Shown piece by piece: positions 41,501 through 54,331 of a stretch of DNA of 64,000 nt. The notes beneath the pieces are model-generated. The model was not told the origin of the DNA. It searched no databases and was given only the letters and a program-made list of their open reading frames with translations. The translations under genes were made by a program, and so were the position numbers. The DNA is taken from assembly GCA_000182565.2 (NCBI GenBank), contig KQ257451.1. The stretch is one strand, 5' to 3'. Numbering within the stretch: position 1 is the stretch's first letter; each line of letters opens with the position of its first letter. Source of the DNA: Spizellomyces punctatus DAOM BR117 (Eukaryota).

Positions 41501-42440
41501 TGGATCAAATTGAGCTTCAAGGTGCAGCAGGCGAATTCGGATTTTCTGCAGTGCAAATCGCAGAGGACAACTTGTCGGTTCCTTCGGGAGAAGCTGGAGA
41601 AGGGAACGCCATTCGTCTGAATTTCCCGAAAATTCCTGAGCGGCAGCGAGTGAGGAAACATTTCGAGGTTGAAAACGTTGGAGATACTGTCATCGATCTA
41701 GGAGTGGCTGACGAGAATGGAGAGGCCTTGCTGGAAGAGGGCGAGCGATTCTCGGATTCCACAAAAGTGTCCTACAAGATATCACCTGTAACCGCCCAAA
41801 TCCGACCAAAGACAAGACAGAATTTCACGGTAATAGTTAAAGGTCTCAAACCTGGAGAAGATAAATTTGATTTGACCTTGCGGACTCGGACGCTTGCTGC
41901 ACCGAAATCTATTCCCATCAAAGTTACAGCCAAAGTGGTTGGAGCTATGGAGCTTTTGAGCGAAAGCTTGAGCGCCTTCGTCCGGGCTGATAATAGCATC
42001 GAAGCGATGATTGATTATCAGCGACAGGAAGAATTCAAATACGGTGGCGACACAGACGTATGGAAAGTGCTCCTGCCAATTATCAGAGTCAGCGCGTTGC
42101 TACCAAGCCAGGATTTGAGCTTAATACCAATGTTGGAGGTAAGCGGACGGACAACTCCATTTAGTTTATGATAGCCCGATGTTAATCAAATCGGGATTTA
42201 CAGCCCCATGTGGCCGAACCGGGTATTGAAGCCGTTACGGTGCGTCCCCCCGCTGTACCGCGGGAATTACCACCCAGAGCCAAAAAGTGGTATATGAACC
42301 GGGTTTCCATGGCCCTAGATCAAGGAAATCGAGTTCGCGCCGATGCAGAGACACCAGAAATGCAGCGACGACAGGAAGCGGCCCAATTTATTCAGCCTGT
42401 TGAGAAAAAGGTGTTCCTCGAGAGAACTGCACGGAGGTGA
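26505..42440 (+). CDS. Giant (roughly 4,500-4,800 aa) protein with many tandem ASH/MSP/PapD-like Ig-fold domains, Hydin-like, probably ciliary
   Basis: Contiguous same-strand exons (916 aa and 1900 aa ORFs plus many smaller ones). The junctions I checked (about 29840, 30250 and 33039) splice in frame. Recurrent pattern of LDFG, then L.N.G, then I.PG, then V.F.P (e.g. TLDFGSTVVFQKKRRKFMLANNGS, VLDFGSLKVGSIGSKTLRLHNRG, IDFGLVGRQKSSVRTFHIENTG). Helical N-terminal region. Confidence 0.75.
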
Positions 42441-42542
42441 AAATGCTCTCCTCTTTGTATATATTGTATATATACCCACGCTATGAGGTTAACTACTTAC
42501 AATAAAGAAAAATATACATTTGGGGTCTCTCCGCGGGGTACA

Positions 42543-43325
42543 TCATGCACTATTCGCCGAAATAGACCCGTAGGAGGGCAAGCCCGCAACGGGAAATACG
42601 TGTTTCTTTGATTGTCCCTTGCATGCATCCCAGACCATTTTCCATGTCACAGCGTATATGACGTGACAAAATATCAGCATACAAACTGCAAATTGGGTCA
42701 TCGTCACTGTGAGAAAAGGTAACTCGATAACGGCAGTATTCTTCCCAAAGTGCTCCGCAAGCAGGATGCTACAGCAAACCGTCAGAACGATGATGCATAC
42801 CGTCATGAGGGACATTGCGACCAAGAGAAACTTGTCTTGAATGAGCACACGAATAGGATGTACAGGCACAGCGCGCACAGTATAGGGATCACAACAGCGG
42901 CTGCAACGGTATATACCCGAAAGAGTCGTGTCGGCAGGCTGTGGACTAGAGGTAGGAGAGACGGAGATCTCCTCGGCATCTGCTATGGCTATTGCTTGAT
43001 GTTGGGCCGGAATGGGGTGAGTCGGGTCGGGGACGGGATAGACCCATGGGTCTTGTGACGGAGTGGCAATAGGTGTTGGCAAAGACGTAATGAACCTGTC
43101 CACGCAGTCCTGGTGGATGTACTGGAGATCTGCGTCCTTACAGCCTAGACACACTCGGACAAGCGGGTTTCGCCGGCTTTCTGTGGTTTCCCAACATGCC
43201 CAACAGCGCCCCTTTGGTCCAGTTTGAGGTGGTAATGGAGGGATGAGCAGCGGTGTTTTCTCTGACGGCACGTCGAGTCGCGTAGGAGGAGCTGTGCTTG
43301 AAGAGCCATTGACAAAGCGAGGCAT
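42543..43325 (-). CDS. RING-CH (MARCH-like) membrane E3 ubiquitin ligase
   Basis: C4HC3 pattern CWAC...VCLGC...YIHQDC...CSRC followed by two transmembrane helices; single exon. Confidence 0.75.
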   Translation of the reverse strand: MPRFVNGSSSTAPPTRLDVPSEKTPLLIPPLPPQTGPKGRCWACWETTESRRNPLVRVCLGCKDADLQYIHQDCVDRFITSLPTPIATPSQDPWVYPVPDPTHPIPAQHQAIAIADAEEISVSPTSSPQPADTTLSGIYRCSRCCDPYTVRAVPVHPIRVLIQDKFLLVAMSLMTVCIIVLTVCCSILLAEHFGKNTAVIELPFLTVTMTQFAVCMLIFCHVIYAVTWKMVWDACKGQSKKHVFPVAGLPSYGSISANSA

Positions 43326-44414
43326 GACCTCGTAAGCAGGTAGCTTTTTGTGTTGGCAAAGGGAAGATGGTAGGAATGAAGGCTGACATGATCGATGTCC
43401 CGTGATATCATATGATTTGAGATGTCATGGCAACAAAAATATCAATTTTTGTTCACCTGGCGTATAAAAACCCGCCGAGTTCCTCGTTTTTCTTCCCATG
43501 CTTCTACTGCGACCTCCGCATCTCCTTCCTCCACTTTCTCGTCCGTCAAGCACGTATGGAGGAGCGACATGAATTGGTCGTATATCTTTCACTCTTTAGC
43601 CCGCAGAAGGTAAGTTACCCCCAGCCCTTTATCGGATCCTTCCAATTCTGTGAAGGTTGTCCGTCACTCTAAACTGGGAAGACGCTTGTCCGTTCATTTC
43701 ACTTTGTGGCCTTCTTGCACGCCTAACGGTGTACTCACTCGAAGTGGCCATCATTCGCGAACGGCACATCGGGTCGTTGTTCAGAGGTCAATATGTTACG
43801 TTTGCTTCCGCGTCTAATAGGTTCAACACAATTCGTTTTCTCCCTAATGTGTTGCGTACCCAGACTTCTGGTTGATCGTTTCGCATCTGGTGTGGAAACC
43901 GAATTGATGAACCTATTATACCCGTAAGCTTCCAAGTAAGTTGTCCTCTGCGCGTGTTGCCCTATCGAAGCTCGCCAGGAGGCCTTCCCGTGTCCTTTCG
44001 AGTCAAACTGTGGCAAAAAGTAAAACATGATCTCTTTCTATGGTCGTTGGTGAACTCAATCAGAAAATGTCGTTCAACAACATCACCCAAAAGAGACACA
44101 ATTGGTGAAAGCCATCTCCTGTCTACTTGACAGTTTCACAATGTGGAATGTCATCGTGTTAATGTCAATTAGACGGAGAAGGACCTTCACACATAGCGAG
44201 GATTTGTCCCGCTCGGTATGTTACTCATCCAACAAGACTATTGATCCCACGTTGGTTTCTTGAGTGTCAAAACGAGCGAAGAATAGACTTTTACCAGAGC
44301 GGGCAGCGGATCTTTCCGTCCATCCAGCCATTTCTGTTGGGTTGGTTGAAACATTTGCCCTGCACGGACATACAATGCAACATTTACCTGCCTATGAATG
44401 TCTATGGCCCTAAA

Positions 44415-46799
44415 CTACACTTCTTCACCCCATCTCCTTCCAAGCACCCGCCCACCGTCCACCACTACTTCGACTTCTAGTCCTCTGCTCAAGTAGTTCT
44501 CCCCTGCCACTCCCAGTTTGCAATTTCTGCAGTTGCGCACATGTATTCGCTTTAGCTGCTTCCATTTTTCTTCTGCGAATTTCACAACGCCTGCTTGGGA
44601 GATACCCTCACAAGAATCGATAAAGAGAGTATGGAGTGATCCCAAATGGCGAAGTGCCGGCAACGTGTAATCTGTCAATCCCACATTACCGGTAATATCC
44701 ATTACACGGAGACGCCTGCATCCTTTTTGTGCAAGTTGTATCAGAGACCGGCATTCCGGTGATGAAGCCAAGAAGCCAGACATTGAGTTAATAGACTTTC
44801 GCCGGTCGTTGGCCTTGCTTTTGAGATTATCGACGCGGGCATTTGGGACAGTAGCGCCCAACGCGGCTGGTGATGTTCGGTTTACTCCCAGTAAATGCAC
44901 GGGTGGTGGGCTGGAACGGCAGAGGCGGAGATAGAGTAGCTGGGAGCAGTGTGCTGTGATAGCCTGGGTAGTTCGGGGGTATGTAAAGGAAAAGCTAAAA
45001 TCTATCCATCTATCATGCAAGGGACGCAACATGGGCATGCGATGAGTAAATGTGCTCAAATATTCTCAAACTGGATCTCCAGGCTATGAGAAGACTTACT
45101 GAAGATTTGGGCAATTTTGTGGCACCTGTGATAAGTTCGGTCAGGCATCCAGAAAGAGCCTTTTGAGCAAGCAACAACATACCAGTGCTAGATCTTTGTC
45201 GGTAAACCCCCGAAAGCTGGAGAGTTCCACCTTCTTCAACTTGATGCAAAGCGTAGGATCAGAGACAAGGTATCTGATTCTATTTGAATAGTGCAGTTGC
45301 TGTAGGTCTGTGATAGTAAGCTCTCTCAAATGCAGCAGATTCTTGGATAACGACTTTAATGTTTTGTTGCCGATTTGGACATGGTGAACAAGGAGGCTCT
45401 GGAGAGCTTTCCCAAGTTTCATGGCGACGGGTGATAATCCGGTTGGTGATATTTCGTCTCCATTTAGTTCCAGATACTCCAATACTGGCGCTGCATCGAT
45501 GAGGCCACGTAGGGTATCGTCATTGAAGACCGTGGTGTGCTTACTATGAAACTTGAGCGCTCGCAGCTTGACTAGGGCTTGTGCATGTATAAGTGAGTTG
45601 ATGAGATCGGCAGTAACGCCGATATGAATGGTGGCCTCGAGCGTGTCCAACTGACGAAGATGCTGGGCAACTCCACAGAGCGCTGGTATTCCCGCGCGGT
45701 CTATGACAAGGCTCAGATGCTTGAGATTTTTGCATCCTTTTAGAAGTACCTCTAACCCGTCCGCCGGCAAATCGAACAAAACCATATTCAATCGCAGCAC
45801 TTCTAAAAAAGGGCACACGGAAACCAGCCGACTGGTATCAAAATTGAAAGTGCACCAGAGGAGCCAGAACCCTCTTGTTTGGATTCGAGAATCTTCTCCA
45901 AGCATCATCTCTCGAATTGGCAGCACACTTCGACGGGAGCCGTCAAGGACAGCCCAAGGATATTGTTTTATACGATCTACAGGTAGATCAACTGACTGAG
46001 ACACACGCACCAGAGTCAATGTTTTAGTGAAACGGTTACATGGGACTCACAGCATCCCATGAGATTGAGGGAGGTCAATCCTGACATTCGAAATAATCGA
46101 GCGACGCCGCGCTCAGTAACCCGAAAGAGATAGGACAAGTTTAGGTGCGTCAGATATGGTAGAAAAAAGGAGATAACCTCCAGCCCCGTCTGTAAGGGAA
46201 GAAATGATCAATTGCAAGGCATTTTTCGTCAGAGTGTGTGTAACACGTACATCGTCCACCTGCTCACAATGCGACAAGTCCAGAGCCCTTAACGACTTCA
46301 GTCCTCTCAAGTGGAATAGAGACCCGGAATCAACATTAGCGCAGCCGTTTAGAACCAAATGGGACAGAGATTTGCTTAGGGTACGCCGTATACTCGGAGA
46401 TGCAAAGCTGGCCGGATCAATATCTGTGCAACTCAAATCCAGCTTTGTAAGCTTAGAGAAGCGTCTGGCTCCAATGGGGCGGTGAAATATGCGTTTGAGG
46501 GTTGCATCTACCCGACCTCCCTGCTCTCCAACACTCTTGTCTCCTCCCAAGGAGAACCTATTTGATAGGTCCAACCGCTCCCAAAATGTTGGTGTTCGAT
46601 AAAGGATTTTTTGCCACCTTCGAGATGCACGGCAAGATCGACATCGAGACCGTACGTCTAGATAATAAAATATCCGCTGTAATATCTCCACTGGGAGATG
46701 CTCATCGATGGGAGCCGCCGTTTCTACCGGTATGAGGTCGTCTAGGGCCTCAAGTGCTCTACTGAATGTATCGTCTGGAACCGGAGGTGCTTCGTCCAT
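44415..46799 (-). CDS. F-box/leucine-rich-repeat protein (multi-exon)
   Basis: F-box HLPVEILQRIFYYLDVRSRCRSCRASRRWQKI. Cys-containing LRRs such as LTKLDLSCTDI, LRALDLSHCEQVDD and LHTLFIDSCEGIS. Confidence 0.9.
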
Positions 46800-47083
46800 G
46801 ATTGCAGGCTTCGTGGAGCACACAGAGTAACTCGCTTTCTTTACAAGCTCATGCAAGCAATGCAGCTTTTGACCTTCCAAAGTTCCTAAGTCCAAAGTTT
46901 GGACAACGCCGAAAGCCTCATCAGTGTGATGACGTACACGTGAATAGGTTTACGTGAGTAGCCAAAATAGGGCAAATTGATTATGTAAGCATTGGAAGTT
47001 TGCCATTTGCCTCCCGATCGGCTTACGGGGCGGTTTTTACCTTTCCCACGGACGGCGACGCACTTTCATTCAACAGCACAACC

Positions 47084-48407
47084 ATGTCGGACTCCTCCAT
47101 CAACGCAGAATATGTATCAAGAGGCAAGCGGAACGTTCCCAAAGCTACGTACAAGCAGCGATGGAGAGCAACTGGAGTGTCGAAAGCTCATCCAAGAATC
47201 ACATCCCGTCTCCACATGTTACCGACTGGAAGATCATTGGAAAGAGGCCAGACGGAAAGATCTTCGCATGAAGAAAATGACCCTCCTTCCCGCTTTAAAC
47301 AAGGTTAGCACCGATCTGTCGCATCGTTCAATTCACGCGGCCTTTCATTGCATACGGCACAACGGGATGCGTTTGCTGTGTGGAAGACAGCTCCACGTAT
47401 CAAACAATAAATCTCAGATAATTTTTGTGACCGTAGATATAGTTGAGGTGAAAAGAAATACATCAGATCCCAAAAACCCTACCAGAACTCCCGCAACCTC
47501 TGTCCACGCCCTGTCCCGGAGGACCAACAACCAAATTCTGAAGACCCAGCAAAGTCCTTCAAGAACCGACATTTCCAATATTCTCTCCGGTATTAATATC
47601 ACAAAGCCCGCCTTTCAGGTCTATCGCGATATTGACACGGAGCACGAGAGATGGCAAGGGGAAGGCATTGGCAAAACTGGCATGACCGAAGAAACTAAGA
47701 AATCATCGCAGCGGAAGAGAACAACCGTCAATAGAGACGTCGCTAATAAAACCCCGACATATTCAAGTATTGGTAGTAAGGGGAGCTCGTATCCCCATCA
47801 GCAAACAGAATACACCCCGAGTGACATGTCCTTGTCATCTCCCAGTTCCTCTCGCACGGTGCACAGTAGGAATTTGAGCTCGCATTTGGAAAGTTTACCT
47901 CCACCTTTGCCTATAGTTAAACCACCTCTTTTTCAAATCGCATTGCAAAAGACATCGGACAAGCAACCTTCCAAAATAACCGACTACCGCACGCCGCCAT
48001 CACCATGGGTTTATACGAGCTCCCCTCCGCGGCGTAGGTCAAGACCAGTATCGCGCGTTTGGCAGAATTTGACGTTGATGGCAGGGGAAGATGACAGCCC
48101 GTTCCTTGATCAGGTCTTTCGAAGTCTGCTCCCACAGCCGCGTAGAAGTTGGTCCGACGGCGTTGCGGATGATAATCCTTTCATTGTGACAGAGGAAGTG
48201 CGAGAGGAATTTGGGCCACAAAACCTATTCAGCGACTTTATGGAAAATCAGGATGTAACTTTGGAAGATCCTTTAATTACTGGCCGGGGAGAGTTCACAG
48301 ACATGGGACGGGCAACTGTGGAAGCCCAGCATCCCATCAAGTTACACATGAAGGTACAGATTGAGGCTCTACCAACAACCTGCGACGTTGATGAAATTAC
48401 TATGTAG
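47084..48407 (+). CDS. Hypothetical Ser/Pro-rich disordered protein (probable intron about 47303-47436)
   Basis: 471-codon ORF. ACCATG at 47084 with a GTTAGC...GTAG intron gives an in-frame join. No family recognised; it may be joined to the next gene. Confidence 0.5.
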
Positions 48408-48575
48408 CATGTCGCCTATTAAAGTATAGATTCACCTGTCGAGCTGTATGGTTTAAGCAATTAGACGCGTTACGTCATCTCGCCTAAAGGTCAAGTGTCC
48501 ATTTCTTAAACATGTATTGCGCTTTGCAGCTGTACGTCTCTTGCTTGCTTTTTTTCTACCAAACTAACCGATACG

Positions 48576-49530
48576 ATGCCTCTTGAACACACAATGGAGC
48601 CTCCCAGTCCTGCGCATGCACATGGTCCTCTCATGTCGCCCTCTCATTTTACCGCAGCAGACTTCCCTTCCGAATATGATAACAGTTCAGGTGAGTGTTT
48701 GCATGGCAACCTTCGAGAGAGTGGACGCCTTGCCTGACATACCAGCTTTATGGTCGTCAGATGCTTTTGCTGAGTCCGCAAGCTATGATTTGCCTCCTTA
48801 TGGCTATCGTCGTCTGGAGACCAGAGAGTCGCTCGATACGACAAACACAATGCTTCCCCTCGATGCAGCGCTTGATTCGCCGACCCCGATGGACGTTGAT
48901 GCCACCGCTGAGGCTACTCCATTAGGCAAGCCAAGTATGGAGAACAGCTGCAGCCCGAGACGCTTATCTGTTGCTGTGCCGCAGCCTGGAGGGTTAAAAC
49001 TTGGTCCACTCAGTGCTCGCCGCCTGTCCATTGATCCGTTACGCTACCCAAGCGCGGACAGCGCCGGAACACAAAGAGAGGACGTAGTAGCTACTGCAGC
49101 AGAAGAGTATGATGAGGCTGAGGAGGAATTGGTGGCAGAGGATCCTCTACGAGAGGTACATTCAGGACTGCAGCCGGATGAAGACCTGGGAGATGAAGTG
49201 GACTATGGAGATATGCAGGTCAGGGAAGACGATGAGGGAATAGTGGCGCGTGGCAATGCTGAAAGCGAGTTTGTTCCGGAACTTGAATTTGAAAGGCCAC
49301 TAAGGGGTTCAATAGATGATAGCGATGATGATGATGATGACGACGAGGAAAGGGACCCTGAGGAAGAAGAGCCTGCATATCAGGAAGAGGCAGAAAATGA
49401 CTGGGAAGTAGGTTTGAGGCGAAAGGAACATGATCCGGAGTTTCAGGATGCAGCAGGGTTGGACTATGGGGATGCGCATCCGGACAAACCAGATGATGAT
49501 GAAGGGGATGATCCGTTGGAGGATTTGTGA
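48576..49530 (+). CDS. Hypothetical protein with a very acidic (D/E-rich) C-terminus
   Basis: 315-codon ORF. Probable first exon from ATG 48576 with a GTGAGT...TCAG intron (about 48691-48760). DDSDDDDDDDEE tract. Confidence 0.55.
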
Positions 49531-51254
49531 CTTGATTTGTTTGTACAAAATCTCATTGGAAGAATCTTGTTCTTGACCTCCCACGCTCAGAAAGAAATTT
49601 AAAACCTCTATCCCATGCATTACGCGACAGAACTTGATTGTTTTTGCACAGCTTTGCACTAAAGACCCCGTCGGAATAGTGGCTATTCAACCCGTTCTGG
49701 CGATAACGCATTTGGACCAACTGGTAATAGTGACCGTACCTGACTGTGTTGCAAAACTCAATGTAGAGAGCATGCGCTCTCGAACAATGGTAACTGAACG
49801 GCCCATCTGATAACATTAAGACCGGATTTGCATCCACCGGCTGGGACAATTCCTTGGGAGCATATAACAATATGCATATCTAAACATCAGGCGGCAGCAC
49901 AGGATTTTTGAACAGGTTTAATGTACCCATCATGAACAGTCTGTACAGCCCTCTATCACATTGAGAACTGACTGAAATGTGGCCTCCCATCATCCAATCT
50001 GCAAGCACCTACAGCAGTGCTGTCATCGGATCGCACACTGGATGCCAGAGTCTGCAAAACACAATCCTAATAGCAAATGAAGGGTGGATACTGCATCACT
50101 GGTTTTGGGGGATGATGCTAGTTCTCCTGTGCATAGACATCTCCAACCTGCGATTGATACAGTACGATCACCATCTCTCTCTGTTCATGATTTCTAGTGA
50201 TATTTTCCTCTCGTGCGCCATAGGGTCGTTGTTGTTTTTGTCGTATGTCAAGGCAATAAGAAGAGTCGACCCCAAACTTCCCATGGCTCACAAGTCATCA
50301 ATCACTCGACTTGATTAGCCTGGTAGATTTGCCATCAAAAATGTCTCCATATCGACACTGCAGGAGGCGATACTTCTATAAAATATGGTGCAATTCTTCA
50401 GGCGATTTCGACGAATGATCGAAGCTAACTGTGTCGGGGGAGATGGTCTAGTAGACCTTAGGCACAGCTTAGAACACCTCGTGTTGAAGGTGGCTGTTTC
50501 TTAAGTTGAACATTTGTCATGACGCTGGTCTGTACCAGGTTTTGGACCTTTCTGAGCTAGCCACTGGAATTTCCATTCATTTACTGCAAGTATCTTGTAT
50601 CGAGAGATACTCTGTACACTGAATATCCCCCGCGCAACTCCAGAAGGAGCATGTGCCGAGAGAGAGACTGATCGGATTGTGGAATCAAAAGATTCAAAGC
50701 CCGACGAGGAGATCAACTAGTGCTCATCTTGGCTGCAAAGTCTAACCCTAAGGTTACTTGACCCCAACTAACCTAGGAGAATCTTTACTGTGGGATTCGG
50801 GAGTCTTGTGGCTGCTCTGAGATGGAGAACATGACAGGTCGACGATATCTAGCAACTTTTAGAGCGAATACCATCATCTGGTCTCGTTCCCCGAAATGGT
50901 CGCGGGCTATGAATTACGCTTTGCGCCATCTCTGGAACAGCATCACAAGTTAGCCTGTCCAAGCCTGTCCAAGGAATAACGACACTCATCTGAACCACCT
51001 CCGATGGAGCCCGCCGTGGACGGTAGATCCTGTTTCTAAGCACGGCATGTGGTGGACATCGTTATTAAACGCTTTCTTGTTACTGCGATGCAAAATTCTT
51101 CATGGGGAAGCTGAGTTTGTTCGAATCGCGCGTGCGCTGATGGCCAAACTTCCGCCGCGGACGGCCGAACAAGAGTACAGAATCGAACGCTGGTTTAATA
51201 AACCTGTCTGTTATCCCAAACCGTCATCCTTGTCTGTGGCCATCTAGTTTCAAA

Positions 51255-52251
51255 ATGCACGGCATCGCACGCGTTCTTTTCAGCTGCTTAACTGTTACTC
51301 TCGCCACAGCTCTCCCATGTGAGCGAAGCAACAAAGGTGCAGACTTTGTTGTCTTTGGAGACAGCTGGTCAGACAATGGCAACACATTTGCGTTGACAAA
51401 CAAGGCTTGGCCTACAGCCGCTTACTACCAGGTCAGACAATTCAGGATCTCGTCGTTACAGACATGAGGAGCTGATCTGTTGGCAATTTGCAGGGACGAT
51501 TTTCGAATGGACCGCTCTGGCTCGAGTATCTCGCCGAATCGCAAAAGGTGGACTTGCAAGATTACGCCTTTGGAGGCGCGACTACCAACAATACCCTTGT
51601 CCAAGGATACACCGGTAGTGCCTCCGATATTGCGGTACCCAGTGTGATCGACCAAGTCGCTACATACCTGCCCCACTTTTCTCCCAACAACGTCCACGCG
51701 TTCTGGGCCGGTGGGAACGATGTGTTCTTTGGGCTTTCGGCAGGCGTAACAGGAGATCAAGTTGCTGCCAATTTGTTGTCCAGCGTGGAGAAGCTATCTT
51801 TGTCAGGTGTGATATAGTGACGAACTTGGATTTCCTACAAAACCTCCATTCATTTTCAAGTGACCCAAATACAGGTGCAAAAGCCTTCCTTCTCTTCCAA
51901 CTCCCTGCCTTGGACAAACTGCCTTACTTTGGCACCAAAGAAAATATTCCCCTGCAACCCCTCTTTGCCAAGTGGACCACTGACTTCAACACGGCGTTGA
52001 CTACCCGCGCGGCCGCATTCCGTGCTCAACATCCGGATGCTGCGGTTCAAATCTTTGATACCCACCGCTTCATTGACAGTGATTTGAAGGGCTACGATAA
52101 CGCTCAGGTCGCATGTTTGAATGCAACCACCCAGCAGGCATGTGCCGAACCAGACAAGCATGTGTACTGGGATGCGTTCCACTTTACAACAAGTGTACAC
52201 AAAGATATTGCCAAGGAAGTCGGCAAGCTCGTAAAGGATTGGTTAAAATAG
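51255..52251 (+). CDS. Secreted GDSL/SGNH hydrolase (lipase/esterase), 3 exons
   Basis: Signal peptide; blocks FGDSWSDNGN, GRFSNGPLW, YAFGGAT, WAGGND and YWDAFHFT. Confidence 0.93.
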
Positions 52252-52885
52252 TAGACACATTGTGCTAGAATGCTCTTTAATGTATTTCGATTAAGTTACT
52301 TAATCTGACGATGATAAAATCTAATATAATACTGCTTCCTCCCTCTCTGTCATCGACGGAAGCCGAGGATATATATGTATTAATGGTGCCCTGTGCGGTT
52401 TCCGCTCCAATGGTTCACGCCATTCGTACCCACACCCGTTCCTGTATCACAGAAACCTTGCTGGGGATAGCTCACGACACGACAATTTGGTGTTTGGCAT
52501 TACATTCTTTAGCGTACCCATGTGGGATTAGTGGTCGGGTCGACTGTATACTGGTGTCTGCCTCCCTTCAGGACCCAGCCACCGGAACCAGTTACAAGAT
52601 TTCCTGACGACGACGGGAGCAACCACAACCTTACATGGTATCACTGAAAAGAGGTAGCCAGGTCAAAAGCGTGACATTGCGAGTGTTTGCCATAGGGCCC
52701 TGTGCGTCAAAGCCAAATTGGGCGACAGGAAGTTTTGATGGGCAACATGGGCCAATTCATCAAAACAGCCTATTAGTGACTTGACTGACAATATCTGCGC
52801 TTGGGATCCACATCCATGCACATTTAGGATTAGGTGGTGATGATCCGTGGACATCCCAGTTGTTAAGGCCACACCGTCCTGGAAA

Positions 52886-52966
52886 AATCACTGCGGGGGG
52901 AATTTAAGGCTGGTGCTTTATAAAGTATTCCAAGTAACAATGATTCTAGTCGCAAGGCCAATTGTT
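52886..52966 (+). repeat. Copy 1 of an ~80 bp imperfect direct repeat (copy 2 at 58160-58235)
   Basis: AATCACTGCGGG...TTAAGGCTGGTGCtTTATAAAGTATTCC-AAGTAACAATgATTCTAGTcGCAAGGCCAATTGTT aligns with 58160-58235. Confidence 0.85.
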
Positions 52967-53525
52967 CGAGCGAACGAGAATGCTCTGGAGTGAAGTTGGT
53001 GCGAGCTCGCTTTGAAGTGATTGTCAAGTGCCAACAATTGAATTTCAAGACGGCGAAATGATTGAGCAACAGAACGTTTTCATTACGGAGCTGCTCAGCA
53101 ATCAATAAAACAATTTTGAATCGTATCCAAAGATAACTTATTTAGTAGTTTTTCTGAAGATCGTGAATGCCGTACTACTAATCGTTAACTTTGTATCATT
53201 ATTCGTCAGTGAAATGACGACAGTCGCTCGCAGAACGATTAGTGTGAAGAATATCTCGTCTGCGTTAGATTTTAGAGCGAGCCACGTCCGAGTCTGAGCA
53301 GAGGTGGTAATCGCTGTTGTTGCGAGTAACGGGCCAGCGTTAGCAAATATTTTCTAACATATTGCTATTATCTAAAAGCACAGTATTACAATTTGGAGCT
53401 AACTAGTAGTAGTATATGATTTTAATGGTTCTATGAACTATGTGGAGCATAACATCAAACTGAGAAAGACTATTATAGAAGTGTAAAAGGCACCGTAAAT
53501 TGACCACTAACGTTCATCTAACTAT

Positions 53526-54331
53526 CTAGCATGAAGCGGATTCGTACGACCCTTTCCATTCATCTCTATCCGCAAATTCCTGAGGTGATTCCGTCTGGAA
53601 CCAATCCCAATGCTCTTCAAACGTCGGACCCAAATCATCTCCGTAGCATCTCTCGCCCCAAACCTTCCACTCATTGACATTGTACATATCCCCAGCAAAG
53701 GTCATGTACGCACAGGCCTCATCTTTGATCTGCCTAGCGTAGATACTACTGACACTAGATGCAACACTCCAACCAACCGTCACACCAACTTTGCCCGTGA
53801 TGTCTTTGAGGAGTTTAAAGTCGAAGCCAACGTTGGTCTGGTATTGGGTGGTACGGGTGAGAGAGTAGCTGATGCTGCAAATGCAGGTTTCGCGCCGATG
53901 GCAGCGCATTTCGGAACCGATCTGAATGTACCCCGTACGCCAAGCCCATTCCTGGTTTACTTGGAGTCGAACGTATTCTTCATTGCACCAAAGGCGCCGA
54001 TTGAGGTCTTTGTTGTTCGTCGTGTTTGCTCCTGCGCCAGCAAGCAAGTTGTTGGAGCGGTCTTTGGTGTTGAAAAGGTGGGTATAGCCGGTATCGAGAT
54101 AGATCGTGGTGTTGTCGTGGGCGTCATGACCGGTGACCATGTGCGGAAGCGTTGCATTTTGGTTGATACCGGAGTCTATGAGGCGTAGAGCGTCGTCCTG
54201 AATGAGGTATTTCTTGGTGAAGCTGCGGGTACGCACGGCGGCACCTCAATAGTTTTCGGAGGCGTGGGCGCTGGAACGGCAATGGCAAGTGTGCCGTAGC
54301 ACAGGACAGTCAGGGTTGCGAGCAGTTTCAT
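53526..54331 (-). CDS. Secreted prepro-protein with an aerolysin/ETX-MTX2-like beta-hairpin pattern (2 exons)
   Basis: Signal peptide MKLLATLTVLCYGTLAIA. A 47-nt intron (54244-54198, GT...CAG) joins it in frame to ORF 53526-54236. Dibasic RR precedes LWCNEEY; Cys/Trp-rich mature part. Confidence 0.75.

Noticed and set aside
43421-43434. X-box (RFX)-like GATGTCATGGCAAC
   Set aside because: It has two mismatches to the consensus palindrome and lies upstream of the RING-CH gene rather than a ciliary gene.
10263-46799. Apparent clustering of ubiquitin-system genes (UBX, HECT, RING-CH, F-box)
   Set aside because: These are large families interspersed with unrelated genes, which is consistent with chance.
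49553-50716. Possible degenerate gene or pseudogene on the minus strand
   Set aside because: Only short ORFs with stops, no recognisable motif and no convincing exon chain.
50742-50751. CTAACCCTAA, resembling a telomerase RNA template or interstitial telomere repeat
   Set aside because: A single 10-mer has a non-trivial chance of occurring in 64 kb, and I could not see a pseudoknot or other telomerase RNA elements nearby.
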